Assembly: GCA_010909165.1 (NCBI GenBank)
Contig: VJWM01000172.1
Location: 1 to 64,000, forward strand
Length of the DNA stretch: 64,000 nt
From: Anthoceros angustus
Lineage: Eukaryota; Plantae; Anthocerotophyta
Direction of reading: 5' to 3'
Part shown: positions 1-12,138 of the stretch, piece by piece
How positions within the stretch are numbered: position 1 is the first letter of the stretch
How the letters are laid out: every line of letters begins with the position of its first letter
Program-made: the position numbers and the translations under genes
The notes under the pieces: model-generated
The model's input: the letters and a program-made list of their open reading frames with translations, nothing else
The model's database searches: none
What the model was told of the DNA's origin: nothing

Positions 1-877
1 GGCGTGTGTGTCGCCGGTAGGTGGTCGTGGCTCTCCTCCTTCGCCTCACCCTCGACCTTGCGCCCGCCTGCTCCCAACCTCGCCTCGCCTTGTCCCCTCC
101 AATGCTTGCGTTGAGAAGACTTCCTCCTTCGCGCCAACGCCGGTGCCACTGCTTTCTCCTTTCCTTCTCCCGCTGGCCACAGGGCTAGGGGTTCTTCCTC
201 CTCCTCAGCTGGCGTGCAATCCCGTCTTCCTTCTCCGAGCTCAGCAGTGATGGCGCTAGCGTCGATGAGGACAACCTTCCTTCTGCACTTACGCTCCAAC
301 TCCAGCTCTAGCTCTTCGCGAAGTGGAGGGAGCGCTGCCCAAAACTGCACTTTGCCCTCTTTGGATGGCTGCCACCTGGAGGCTTCACAACCCTAGATTT
401 GTGTCATCATTCTAAATTACCTAATCCTATCTAAACTGCCTATTTTCCGCTATCCCTAATTAATCGTTTGCTATTCTATATATTTATTCCCCTATTGGTG
501 GGCATATATAGTGGATATTCCCCCTTATTCTAATTCCCCTTGCTGGCCGAGATCCCGTCAGCCTACCATGGTAGTCTGCCAGCCTACCGTGGTAGTCTGC
601 TCCTCCGCTCACCTCACCGCGAGTGTGGTAGCCCTCTGGCGATGATACGACCTACCGCCCTTGGTGCCTTCTTGTCTCACCTAGGGGTTTTTTTGACGCG
701 TTTCTGTCCTGGGATACCCGCCTTGCTTCCCCCACCAATACCTTACAATTCCAGCTTCACAGAATTCAGAAAACTCCCGACATGATCCCCTCCAATCGAT
801 TTTAGCCAAAAAAAATCAAGTTCATTCTTCCTCCATCTCTTTTGGGTTGGTTGCCCAAACTTTTGCATTCCACAAGT

Positions 878-1033
878 CCGTTGCAGGGGACGGTGACCAG
901 CGCCTTGTCCGGACACAGTATAGTCATGCGAGCGGGTGCTTATTCCGATTGCCCTCTTGAAGAAGGACGGGAGGAAACATTGTGAGTATGATGTCTTCCT
1001 TGTTTTCAGGCACATAACCATCCTAGGGCTCCG
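878..1033 (+). pseudogene. Fragment of the orphan gene family seen at 33.5 kb and 48.5 kb (C-terminal exon piece), inverted relative to those copies
   Basis: Reverse complement of 33718-33878 and 48725-48885 (encodes PLQGTVTSALSGHS and RKHCEYDVFLVFRHITILGLR); truncated on both sides. Confidence 0.85.
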
Positions 1034-1848
1034 CCAGCCAGCCATCTTGCTTGCTTGTCTAGAATCTGGAACACTTGATCCTAACTGAATGTTAGGACAG
1101 TTATTTTGATTGTTGATGCAGTTGCTGACCGGAATTGTCGATCATACCATAATTTTCCCCAAGGTCACTACAACATATCGCCCCTCTGGACACCGAAATT
1201 GCAGACATCTGCACCTCAATGTCCCTCAAACTGAGAAAGTTGTATAAATTCATAGCTATCTGGTATGAGGACATGTAACCCAGCCGATGACCCGGATCCG
1301 TGTGAGCCTCCTTGGGTGAAAGCCCTTTTTCCAATCAGTTTAGTCATCAACGGTCATCACCAACGGTCATCAACACTATCACCAGTACTATCACGAGTAT
1401 TTTAGAGTCTCGGGCGAAGACTGTGCGCACGCAAGGTAGATCCGTGGCGCGCCTAGGTAGACTTGGTCATCTTTAGAAGAAACAAAGTTTGCCCGACGGG
1501 GTTGAAAGATTGTGAATGGATCTTATGAGCTTCATGCCTAGTCGAAGGGGCAAGCTTGTGCTTGTGAGAGAGCTGCAAAGGGAGCCCTAGCCTATTAGAG
1601 GAAGCCCTAGCCAAACGCGGGGCTAGCTTAGCCTCTACATACTTCAACCATGGGGCTAACCCTAGCCTGCCTACATACTTCAGCCATGGGGCTAACCCTA
1701 GACCTCTCGATACTTGAGCCACAACTAGGTACTTCAAGCTCCTGGCACGTCGGCCCGTCGACCAAGCTTAAGGAGGAGGGTCTACTCATAAGAGAGGGTT
1801 GCAGCGAGTTGGCGACGAGGTAGGCATGGCGGGATCCATCGCGATTCC
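1034..1848. repeat. Left part of repeat B (host of Copia A); paralog of about 42462-43303
   Basis: Near-identical to the 42.5-43.3 kb copy, including the tandem 'tacatacttcaaccatggggctaaccctag' units; ends in ATTCC at 1844-1848. Confidence 0.9.
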
Positions 1849-2007
1849 TATAAGATTATATGGCATGATGCTCAGACATGAGAAGGGAAAAACAATTGAA
1901 TAATAATCATCATACACTTGGTTACATCTCCTTTTATAGTCTCCCCGAAAGGGTGTGACTCTTGGTGTAGAGGGTTAGCCTAACCTAACTAGACTGATAT
2001 TCTAGTA
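1849..2007 (-). repeat. Copia A 3' LTR (159 bp, TA...TA termini)
   Basis: Direct repeat of 27331-27482; preceded on minus strand by PPT GAGGGGGAG. Confidence 0.95.
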
Positions 2008-2016
2008 CTCCCCCTC
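2008..2016 (-). promoter_or_regulatory. Polypurine tract of Copia A
   Basis: GAGGGGGAG on minus strand directly before the 3' LTR, just after the RNase H stop. Confidence 0.9.
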
Positions 2017-2028
2017 AGGCTGGGTACG

Positions 2029-2373
2029 TTAGGCTAGCTTATTGTCTTGATTAGGAAGACCACTAACTCCTAGCAGGGCTGTACAGACTAAGTGCTTGTC
2101 GCGAGGCAGGCTTTTGGTCAAGATGTCTGCCCCCATAAGCTCTGTTGGGCAGTACTCAAGTCGCACGTCCCCTGATGCACATTTCTCGCGCACATAGTGA
2201 TATTGGAGATCAATATGCTTGGACCTGGAACTGAATTTGGGGTTGCCGGCAAGAGCGAGAGCGGATTGGTTGTCAATCTTGATGACCACTGGCTTCTCCT
2301 GCATCATACCAAGTTCATCAAGGAGCCTGATGTGGTCAACAACGTGCTTGGTGGCAAGGGTCGCAGCCATGTA
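2029..2373 (-). pseudogene. Copia A RNase H C-terminus (continuation of the RT reading frame broken by the 2374-7221 insert)
   Basis: MAATLATKHVV...IKIDNQSALALAGNPKFSSRSKHIDLQYHYVRE...GADILTKSL; joins TESEY at 7224. Confidence 0.95.
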
Positions 2374-5300
2374 TTAGGGAACGGACGCCATGGGGTCACC
2401 GAGAACGGCCGAGGCGCTAGGCCGAGACCGTTAGGCCGTGGCGCACGCGCCCGGTTTCGGCGTAAGGGCCGAGTTCCGAGACAGATACCCCACTGGACCG
2501 CAGACTGAGGCGAGAGCGAGGCGACTAAGAGTCTGTTGCCCTATGCATCCGACAATTCCCTTTTCTCTCTCTTTCAAGTAAAACAACTATCGCTTTTTTT
2601 ACTGCATTAAAGTGTTTGAGTACCGCTTTACCGTAGTACTTTTATAGTTTTACTGGACTCGACATACTTCCTAGGTATATTCTACCGAGGTTGGAGGAGT
2701 GTACACCCGTGATTTGGGATGTACCTGGTCTTCAGTCATATTTCTTCCTCTGCTCATTGTCCAGTCCGGATAGAAAGTTTATCATTTGGAGTATCTTGTC
2801 TAAACGCGAATATTTCTTCAGGCAATTACAATGTAAGAAACTGTGCATCAAGAAAACGGGTTAAATGTCATTTCATTGGTGAACTGAACGGAAAATTCGG
2901 GGTGTTGACTGGATGACGTTTCAAACTGAAACCTTGAGACTGTTGGACTTTGAGCGTATACACTCGACACAAAATTTCGCTTTAGCCTCACCTTGCCGCT
3001 TATCGTAGTCGTGTTTGTTGACGCGATGCAATGCCTGTTTCACGTCCGCCGCAAAACGCGATGATGTTAGAGTACAAACTTTCGATACGTTCTTGATTCT
3101 GGCAAATGCAACTTGGTGTTTAAAGTGTGCAAACAAACTGAAAACGAAGCAAGTGGTCATGGGTTGTATGTTACCGATGCCTTTTCGGCGTGAGTTCAAA
3201 ATGCCTCCAACGAATAAATGCAAGAAGAAACCGTACATGAGGAAAGAACAAAGGAGGGTGTGCACGTTGTCAGGGGTTGTAAAATACATGGCAGAGAAGG
3301 TGAGTTCTTGAAACTCCTGCAGACAGTATGAAATATACGGCGCCATGAGCGAACGGATAAGGAAGGGTGTTGGGAACTGTAAATTTGAGCAAGAACGGAC
3401 ATAGACAAGCAGTCACCTTCACAGGTTGTCCAGTTGCGCTGTAGCTTCAAATCGCAGCCGTCTCCAAGACAACAGGTCCCTCATAAGCAATCACTTGGCT
3501 TGCGAAACTGGGGGCTTCAAAAATCTTTTGCACATTGCCATCAGCTCAATCGGCTGCGCCTCCATGGACCCCTTGGCCCTCACACCGTTTCTTCCGCTTC
3601 CAACACGCTTGAACGCGTGAGTATATCTAGACGACCGATAAACTCGCCACCGGAGATGACGTGAAAAGACATCAAATCTATTGTGCACCAACCGTGGCCC
3701 CTCATGCAAGTCGGCCATCAAGAATCTCTTCCTCCACGTCTCTAGTGAACTCAGGATGCCCTTGAATGCCAAATGTCGTGATCACCAATGGAAAACATCT
3801 CTATGAGTCTTTTGAGACCACGACCTCACATCCGGTGGAACCTTGGACACACATCGAGCATGTTAGACCACTACATGACCGGGAGAAGTTTACACAGCGT
3901 AGTCTGTGTCACAATGTTTACCGTGTCTTGATGCATCTCAGAATTGAGCAGGAGGAAGCCCGTTCCATAAGGCTTCCAGCGAGCATCACTCACGGTTAAT
4001 TTTTTCAAACCAACATCCCATCCCTGGATTCCGGCCGATCCCCGAGTGCTCTACACCGTATGTGAAATTGAGTTATCATCAATCAAAGCAATTAAGACCA
4101 GCAACAGAACATAGCTTACGGCGACATAGTTACGAGAAAGGAGAATCAATAAAACACAGTGCCGAAGCACACTCCAAGAATTTTCTTCCTCTTCTCGTTC
4201 ACCGCTGAAGAATTGAGAGCTTTTCAATCCAAGGCTCGGATCCGTGAGCATCGCGACTTCCACATGTATAAATCCATCGTCAAGTCCGACTCCTCATCCG
4301 CAGGGAATTTTCCTTCAATAATCGGAAGATGTCCCACGTCTCTCCGGATCACGAGCGGACTCACAAACATCTCCCGTATCCGCCATACTTCTTGATCGAA
4401 CCTTGCGGATGGAGCTTGACCGAGGCGGGCGTGGCCAGTGTCTTTGCCGGAAGGATGCGCAGGCGAAGTGAGGAGGGTGCAGCCTGCAACAAGACGGCGA
4501 CATGAGCAACGGATACTGATGTATTCAACTGATGTATTCGTGCAAGGATATACCAAACCTGGCAGAGTTTAGCAAGCCGTTGTTTATTCCTGCAAAACCA
4601 TATGACGACATATCATATGGCGATAAGAGGGCGCTAACGTCAGTGTGCTGGTGAAAAGCAAGAGAAGCTACAGTATTTACCTTAGGAGTCGCAAACCCAG
4701 CTTTCCTGGTGGGGTCCAAGATCTTTTATCGAGACACACTGTGTTCTCGGTCGTTGGAGCGTAACCGAGCGAGCTTTTCAGTGTCCACCACAGGCTGCGT
4801 ATCGTTGCAATCAAGTTGCTGGGCAACAAAAACGAGAAAACACTTAAACTGTGGGGCGGCCGCGCTAACCATATTGCGCAAGAAAGGGCGTTAACGACTC
4901 AATGCCTGCTTGCAACATGAACAAGGGGAAGCTGTTTTTACCTCAGCAGTCGCAGACCCAGCTTTCTTGGTGGGCTCCAGGTTGTTTTTGCTAGACACGC
5001 TGCGTTCTAGGTCGTTGGAGCGTAACCAGAGAACAAGCTTTTGCAGACAGCTATCCACCACCTTGCTGCAGACTCTCCGCTGAAAACAAGTTGTTGGGCC
5101 TGACGGAAAACGAGAAGAGACTCCACCGCGCTCGCGCTCCCGTCACAGATGGAGCCAAATGCTTGACGGCAGGGGGACAACGGTGGGCAGGGACGTGCGA
5201 CAAGACCACAACTCTCCGCCATCGGGTTTATATAGCAGAATGTTAGGGTTCTCGATGTTTCCAGCCGGAAGTGTGCGTGGCACTTTCTGATTTCGGAGGT

Positions 5301-7221
5301 TCGTCTTACGCCCCGGCGGTTGGAGGTTTGGTTTTCGGTTTGGTAGTTCAAGTTTAGGTTTGGCAAAGTCGGGCTAGGTTTGGAAAGGTAGAAGGCGACC
5401 AATCGCGGACTTAGTTAGGTTTGGTCACCAAATCCGGTTCGGAAAATTGAAATGAGGCCTGGTAGAGAGAGAACGGCGGGAGGAGAGAAACCCTAGGGTT
5501 TGGTAGGCTATTTAAGCGCTTTCTCCACATTTCAAGGTCTTTTCCACTTCCCTCCGAGGCCAAGGTTCTGTGTCTTTTGGTTTGTTCTTTGTCTTAGTTT
5601 TGAACGTCCGGGCCCGAGGTCTTCCGTGTTTGCTTCGCTTTTTCTTTCAGATATTGCACGTCCGAAGGCCAAGGTCATCTTGGTTTGCGTCCTTATTGCA
5701 GGAATAGGTATGTCCGAAGGCCAAGGTCTGGTCTAGTTTAGTAGTTGTTGTTCGCTGTGACGGTGATTCGCTTTTTCATCCAAGAGGCCATCCGCCTCTT
5801 CCCGGCCAAGGTTGGTTGGTTTGCTCTAAGTTTCGGAGGTTAAAGGCGAAGATTTGCTTACGTTTGCACCTTTGTTTGATGTCCTTTTTGTCTGCTCGGT
5901 GTTGCGTCACAGCGTTGTTTTTCAGCCGCCTTGATTGTTGTTGATGTTGCGGCTGTCCTTTGTGTGCGGCGCTGCACTTCCTTGTCACGTTTGCTTGTGC
6001 TTGGCTTCTATCTCGGTCCTTCCAGTGCCATTTGTATTTCGTTTCTGAACGTTTTTCATTTCTGAACGTTAAGGTTGTTCGCCTTCGAAGGCCAAGGTTC
6101 TGAGCTTGAAGGCCGGTGTCTTTTCTGGTGTTGTTTTGTGCGGCGCTTTGGGTTCCTTCTCATTTCAAACTGCGCGTTGCATGTGTTTGTCCTCCTAGTT
6201 TTGTAGTGTCCTGCATGTGTCTTGCAGATATACTGTTGTGGTGTTCTTGTAAAGGCCAAGATCATGCTTCTGTTTGCACTTTGTCTGATGTGCTCTTTTG
6301 GTCTCCGGTTTACCGACGAATTGTTTTTCGCCTCGATTGTTGTTGCTATTGTCCTCCGAGCGGCGCTGTACTTCCTGGCCACGTTTGCTTGTGCTCGGTG
6401 TTGTCTCGGTCCTTTCCAGTGCCGTTTTTATATATGTCGTTCGCTCATGCTCTATGCCAGTGCGGTTAGTGTGTTCAAGTTCGTTGCAGTTAGTTTTGTT
6501 GTAAGAAGTCCATTGACGTTCTGAGTTTGCGATTGGCATGGTTTGTTTACCTCTGTGCTCAAGATACAGTGTTCTGTTGTTTGTGTTGTCTGTGACTTTC
6601 TCTCGTTTTCTTTTGTTTCACTGTGCATGGTGTTCTCTGATGCCTACTTTTTGTAGTCTAACGCTCGCCCTTGTTCGTTCAGGAAGCGCTGGTATGGGGT
6701 GACAGTACAGACCATTGGGAGACGTTGTAAGTGCAGTTAACGTTTTAAATTTTTGACACCTGTTTTGTGTTACGAGATCTGATTGTACGCGTGTTTGTTC
6801 TGTTTGTGCATAGTTTGATTCTCGGTCTTACCGTTTCAGGAAGTGCCTTACGTTGGAAGACGTAATGGACTACTGGGAGGTTGTTTGGAAAGCTTTGTTG
6901 TAAGTGCATGAATCCTGGATCCGCATGAATATTACTTGAGAAAATGTTTTGCGGATTAAGCGATTTTGGTGGGATTTCTAAAAGAGCTTCCACTAGAGTA
7001 CACGATGTTCACTTGGTGGTCATTCTTACCCTCTGCTCATTTGTAACATTGGTGGATTCTTTTTACCCCATATGGCATGGTTTTTACTCGATTGTAATGA
7101 AATTTACTATATTGAGTAAAAAAAATGACCAAAAGGTCAATTCTCTCTCTAGAATCTACCTTCAACCCCCCGAAAAAAAACCAACCGGGCGCGTCGAGGC
7201 CCCAGACGAGGCCGCGACTTT
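2374..7221. mobile_element. 4.85-kb non-autonomous insert without TIRs or LTRs, carrying gene fragments
   Basis: Splits the Copia A codons ESEY|MAAT; flanked by GTA/GTA (or ATGTA/ACGTA); 12-bp subterminal inverted pair ACGCGCCCGGTT near 2444 and 7182; hairpin gtcg-a-ggcc...ggcc-g-cgac at about 7193-7218. Confidence 0.8.
3491..4440 (-). pseudogene. GGP: Captured gamma-glutamyl peptidase (class I glutamine amidotransferase, GGP-like), frameshifted, one intron retained
   Basis: Across frameshifts reads KKYGGYGEMF, WDIFPIIEGKFP, YDGFI, DAHGSEPWIEKL, KKILGVCFGH (intron), GWDVGL, EMHQDTV, EMFSIGDH, GIQGHPEF, MCKRFLK: the Cys-His-Glu triad motifs of plant GGPs. Confidence 0.85.
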
Positions 7222-7223
7222 AC

Positions 7224-10200
7224 GTACTCAGATTCGGTGGAAGAGAGTGCTATGGCGGTTTGCCGCTTAGATCCCCAATCAACGGCGGCGTCACAAAGCA
7301 TCAAGGCATAGCCAGAGGTAGATTTCTTTGAATCCACATCTCCCCCCCAATCCGGGTCGGTGTAAGCCGAGAGTTGAGGGAAGGAGGGTGGAACTGTGTT
7401 GCCGGCACTAGGTCCATGGTACTTGAGTCCATAAGCCATAGTCCCCTTGAGGTAACGTAAAGTGCACTTAAGGGCGGACCAATGAGCGGGTCCTGGATTC
7501 GCCATCTGTTGGGAGAGGACACGAACAGCGTGCCCGATGTCAGGGCGCATGGTCGTACAAATCCAGTTAATCCACTCAACGGCTTCTTGATAGGGAATGG
7601 TCTCCATGTACTTGCGCTCCTTGTCGGTCTTGGGTGCCTGGTCAGATGACAAGGGTGCACCAACGGCGAGCGGTGTAGATGCAGGTTTGCATTCTAGCAT
7701 ATTATATCGGGTTAGAGTGTTCTTAATGTATTGCATTTGTGTGAGGTGCAAGGTTCTAAGTGTACGTTCGCGAGTAACCTTCATCCCAATGCAATAATGA
7801 ATATCGCCTAAGTCGGTCATACTAAACTTAGACTTAAGCATGAGGATGGTCTTATTAAGGAGCCCATGCTTGTCATTGCTAGCGAGGATGCAGTCATCCA
7901 CATAGAGTGCGAGGTTGACAAGTGCATCTCCTGACCGAAGGACATAAACATTACCGTCGGATGGGCACTTAGTGAATCCGCACGCCAAGAGGAAGTCGTC
8001 CATGTAGACGTTCCAATTCTTAGCGGACTGTTTAAGGCCATATATGCTGCGCTGAAGCAGACATACAAGATGTTCGCAGCCTTTTTCTTCATAACCTTCA
8101 GGTTGACGCATATATATCTCCTCTTGCAGCTTGCCGTAAAGAAATGCCGTTTTGACATCGAGCTGTACCACCTCCCAATCGTGATATGTAGCACATGCGA
8201 GACTAACGCGCAATGAACTAGTCTGGACAACGGGGGAGAAGAGATTATCTGCATCATAGTCGTCCCCTGCACGTTGAGTGTAGCCTTGTGCAACGAGCCT
8301 CGCCTTGTAGCGGTCTATGGCGCCATCAGCAGTATACTTTATCTTGAAAGTCCACTTGTCACGACCACCGACCGTGGTAGGTCAAAGGTGCCATGTGTTG
8401 TTGGCTCAGAGACTGGAACTGCTCTGTCACCGCCTTCCACCCTGCAGCTGGCCGGAAGGCGGCGTAAGTGTGGCGCTCCCGAGACTTCCGAAGTGGATAG
8501 CAAGACTTGAACGGGAGTAAGTGTGGCCATATTAGTGGCCTGCGTGTTGGGAGGTCCCTGAGAGTGCGCTAGGTTCTCGAGCGCTTTCCTGCTAAGTGTC
8601 CGCTCCCTCGTCGAACGCCGAAGGGCAGGAGGTCCATCAACAAGAGGAGGTATGTCAGGGGGATGAGATACCTCTTCCGCAGCGACGAGGGGAAAGCCAC
8701 CAAGGTCGAGGTTCGAGTCTCCGCTGCTAGATGGCAGGGGAGTGAAAGGAGCTCGAGAGGTGGATGGAGTGGCAGGAGAAGCGGGAGAAGCGGGAGGAGC
8801 CGGCACCAGTGCAAAGGGAACAAGCGCAATCACCGGTGGACGGATAGCAGCTTGAGAAGCATGGGGAGCATATGTAGCTGGCGGTGGTGCGGGCTCCCAT
8901 TCATCCTCCCCCCCTGCACCAGCGTCAGTAGAAACATCCAGGGGAGGGACGGGAGGGCGGGAGGAGAGGAGAGGTACGTCAACATCTCCCCCAGCATCGG
9001 GGGAGAGAAGAAGGGGTTCCTCGTTGAAGATATAGTCGCGAGCAAAGACAAGGCACCGGGAATCCTTCAAATATATCCGGTAGGCCTTGACGGTTTCGCC
9101 ATAGCCAAGGAAGATACCTTATGTAGACTTCGAATCGAGCTTCCGCCTGAGAGCCTTAGGAACATGAACGAAAGCCTGGCAGCCAAAAATACGGAGGTGG
9201 CTGAGATCGGGCTTGCGGCCAGTCCATGCTTCATAAGGCGTTTTACCATCAACAGCCTTTGTGGGAAGGCGATTGATAAGGTAGTTGGCTGTATTCAAAG
9301 CTTCAGCCCAAAAGCGGTTAGAGAGGGAAGCATGGTGTAGCATAGATCGGCCCATCTCCACCTGAGTTCGGTGACGGCGCTCGGCAACCTCAATCTGCTC
9401 GGGAGTGTAAGGAACGGTGGTTTGGCGGATAATACCGTGTTGGCAGCAATGGTCGCCGAACGCAGTGGAGTCGAACTCCCCCCCACCATCGCTCCGAAGG
9501 ATCTTTAGCTTACTGCCAAGTTGATTCTCCACCTCAGATTGCCAAGTGAGGAAGGTGGGGAAGGTATCGGACTTGGCGGCAAGAAAGTAGACCCAACCGA
9601 AGCGGGTATGGTCGTCGATAAAGCTGACTTGATACAGGGACCCCTGGAGAGAAGGTGTCTGCATAGGGCCAAGCAGGTCAGTGTGGACTATACCAAGGGG
9701 GTGAGGACTCCTATGGGAGCCGACAGGGAAGGGCTTGCGCTGCTGTTTGCCGAAGGCACAGCTACGGCAAAAGGAGAGGTGAGCAACGGATTTAAGAGGG
9801 AGACCCAAGACGTAGCTGTCTTGAGCCAACGCCTTCATCCGTTGTGTCCCGGCGTGACCCAACCTAAGGTGCCAAAGATCGGCCAAGGGAGATGACACAT
9901 GAGAGCTGAAGGAACTGTCGGGGTGAGACAGACTCCCCCGCTCAGGCCGGGATAAAACCTCATGGGCGGTATAGGTGGGGCTGGTGCCTAACACAAAGAG
10001 CCGCCCAATCCGTTGGCACACAGTGATGAGTTGGCGAGAAGCGTCGAAGATGGAGCACTTCGTAGGGGCAAAGTTGAAAGTATAGCCAGCTTCGAGCGCT
10101 TGCCCAACGGAAACAAGGTTCTTACTTAGGTGGGGCACATAGAGCACGCGGAGCTCCGACTGAGTATTGGGCAAAGGATAGCAAAGGTCTGGAGCCACGA

Positions 10201-11199
10201 ATGCGCTGCGGGTATCATCACGAGGTAAACAAAGCTCGATGTTGTTCGCTTCAAAAGAAGTAAACCACTCACGCCGGCCGGTCATATGCTAGGTGGCCCC
10301 TGAATCCACAAACCACATATGAGTGTCAAGCATTCACAAACGACGATAGACGGCGTCAAGTGAAGCGGCCGGCCGACGGAGGGCCGAGCGTTGATCGGCG
10401 AGACGCTTGAATCCTACTGTGGTGTCTCAGCAAATGCAATAGAAGCAAGCCCCAAGCTTCCGCTTGTCGTTGGAGGAGCCAAGTCAGGGGTTGCCCTGGG
10501 AATCAGGCCCGGGCTCTTGAAGGGCGCCTCGCCTCCGCCGGTCTCCACCGCGAGTGCGATACCCTTCGGTGTGGAGGTCTCGCCGGCCTTCCGGTGCTGC
10601 TCTTCCTGGCGGAGGAGAGAAATCGTCTCATCAAGGGTTCTGGGGTTAGCTGTCTGAGTCATAACCAAAGCAGACCACGAAGGTGGCATGGATTGCAACA
10701 ACTGCACGGAAGCGTCGTGGTCGGACACTGTGGTGCCCGCCAATTCGACAGAGTCCTTGAGGGTCATAAACTTGTTGACAAACTGCTCGATGGACTCGGT
10801 CTCAGACATGCGGAGGCTGTAAAACTTCCGCGTCATAAAGCCCTTGTTGACGGCGTTATCAAAGACGTACTTTTTCTTCAGACAATCCCAGACCTCTTTG
10901 GAGGTAGGAAAATGTCGGATGACGCTCATCTGGGCGTCCTTCATGTATAGCATCAAATTTGCACGAGCCCGGCGGTCCTTAGAGTCCCACTCGTACTTGC
11001 TGCCGGGTCCACTGACCGGCGTGGAGCGACGTGTGCCGCCTGGGGTAGGGGGTGGAGTGGTAGGGCGCAGATCGGTCCCGTCGACTACGCCAAATAAGTC
11101 TTCTCGGAGGAGAAAAACCTCGATTTTGCGACTCCAAGCCGCGTAATTAGTCCCATCGAAAAAGTTCACGAGCTTACTAGCGGAATCATTAGATGCCAT
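7224..11199 (-). pseudogene. Copia A gag-pol (gag, protease, integrase, RT), few lesions
   Basis: Gag UBN2-like (FFDGTNYAAWSRKIE, LLQSMPPSW); protease WFVDSGAT*HMT with in-frame stop; LWHLRLGH; IVHTDLLGP, LRSDGGGEF, PEQIEVAERR; RT QLDVKTAFLYG, IYGLKQS, LYVDDCIL; RH AYTDPDWGG. Confidence 0.95.
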
Positions 11200-12138
11200 A
11201 ATAGCATAAGAAATAGGAGCAGAAGCCAAAACGTATCACAAAGTGGGTTCCGAGTCCAGGGCACTGGTAAAAGTAGAAGGCGGATCAAGTTCACGAAGGT
11301 GAGCAAAGACGTCAACCAGGTCCAGATTAATCTGCGCCAGGGAATTCCAAAGGGAAGACAGCCGGCCAAATTGATGAGCAAGAGAAATGGTGGACGTGTC
11401 TTGCTCGTTCGGCGGATCTTCGATCTCCTGTTTGATGGTGATGGTCTCGGAAGCAGGAAGCCGCATGGCCAAGCCGCGAGTCAAAGTAGGCAGTGAGTGA
11501 AGAGATCCTGCAGGGGATGGAGTAAAAGAGGGTGGAAAAGTAAAGGTAGGTGTAGGGGTAGGGGATAGATCCTCCCCTAGGGGGAAGAGGGGTAGAGGGG
11601 TCCCAACCGCGCCACGGCCGGTGGACGGGCCGCCGCGCCGTTAAGGGCGGCGCGCCCGGTGACCGGAGGGCTATGGCCGCCAGGGTCACCGATTCGCCCC
11701 GCAACGCCGTGCGCCGAATCGCACCCGGCGCCGAAACTATGGCCGCGCGGCGGGCACTATGCCCGCCAAGCGGCCGCGGGGCGCCTGCGGTCTAGCCACG
11801 CTTACCCGGCGCCTACGCCGGGCGCCTTGCGCCAAGCGTCCGGCCGGGGTCGCGCGATCTTGCCGAGTGTGCTGGCTGACGGGGCTGGCGGTTGCTCCTC
11901 CCTGGATTACCGGGTATGGCACGCAACTCGGTGGAGTGCAAAAATTCAGAAATCTCAGCAAAAGTCCCCGGATTTCTTGCAGAATTCACCAAGGTTTCTT
12001 CAAATTCCGGATCGCAGGCCTCAGACTCCATGTCCTGGCGCCGAACCGCCGCAGATCGCCTTCACCCACTGAGAGGGACATCCAGGGCTTGGGCACCGAC
12101 AATTGTTGTCGAGGGGAATTCCTTGAGGATGTGAGGCC

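Noticed and set aside
8-396. Short ORFs on both strands; faint resemblance of a minus frame (FWAALPPL..VVLID) to LINE ORF1
   Set aside because: Low complexity, cut by the window edge, no diagnostic motif
402-747. Possible solo LTR (TGTCA...TTACA, TATA-like box, 20-bp internal repeat)
   Set aside because: Flanks ATTTG and ATTCC do not form a TSD, and there is no second copy, PBS or PPT in the window
2374-7221. Canonical Helitron, MULE or CACTA assignment for the insert
   Set aside because: No 5' TC at an A|T site, no TIRs, no 8-10 bp TSD, no CACTA ends
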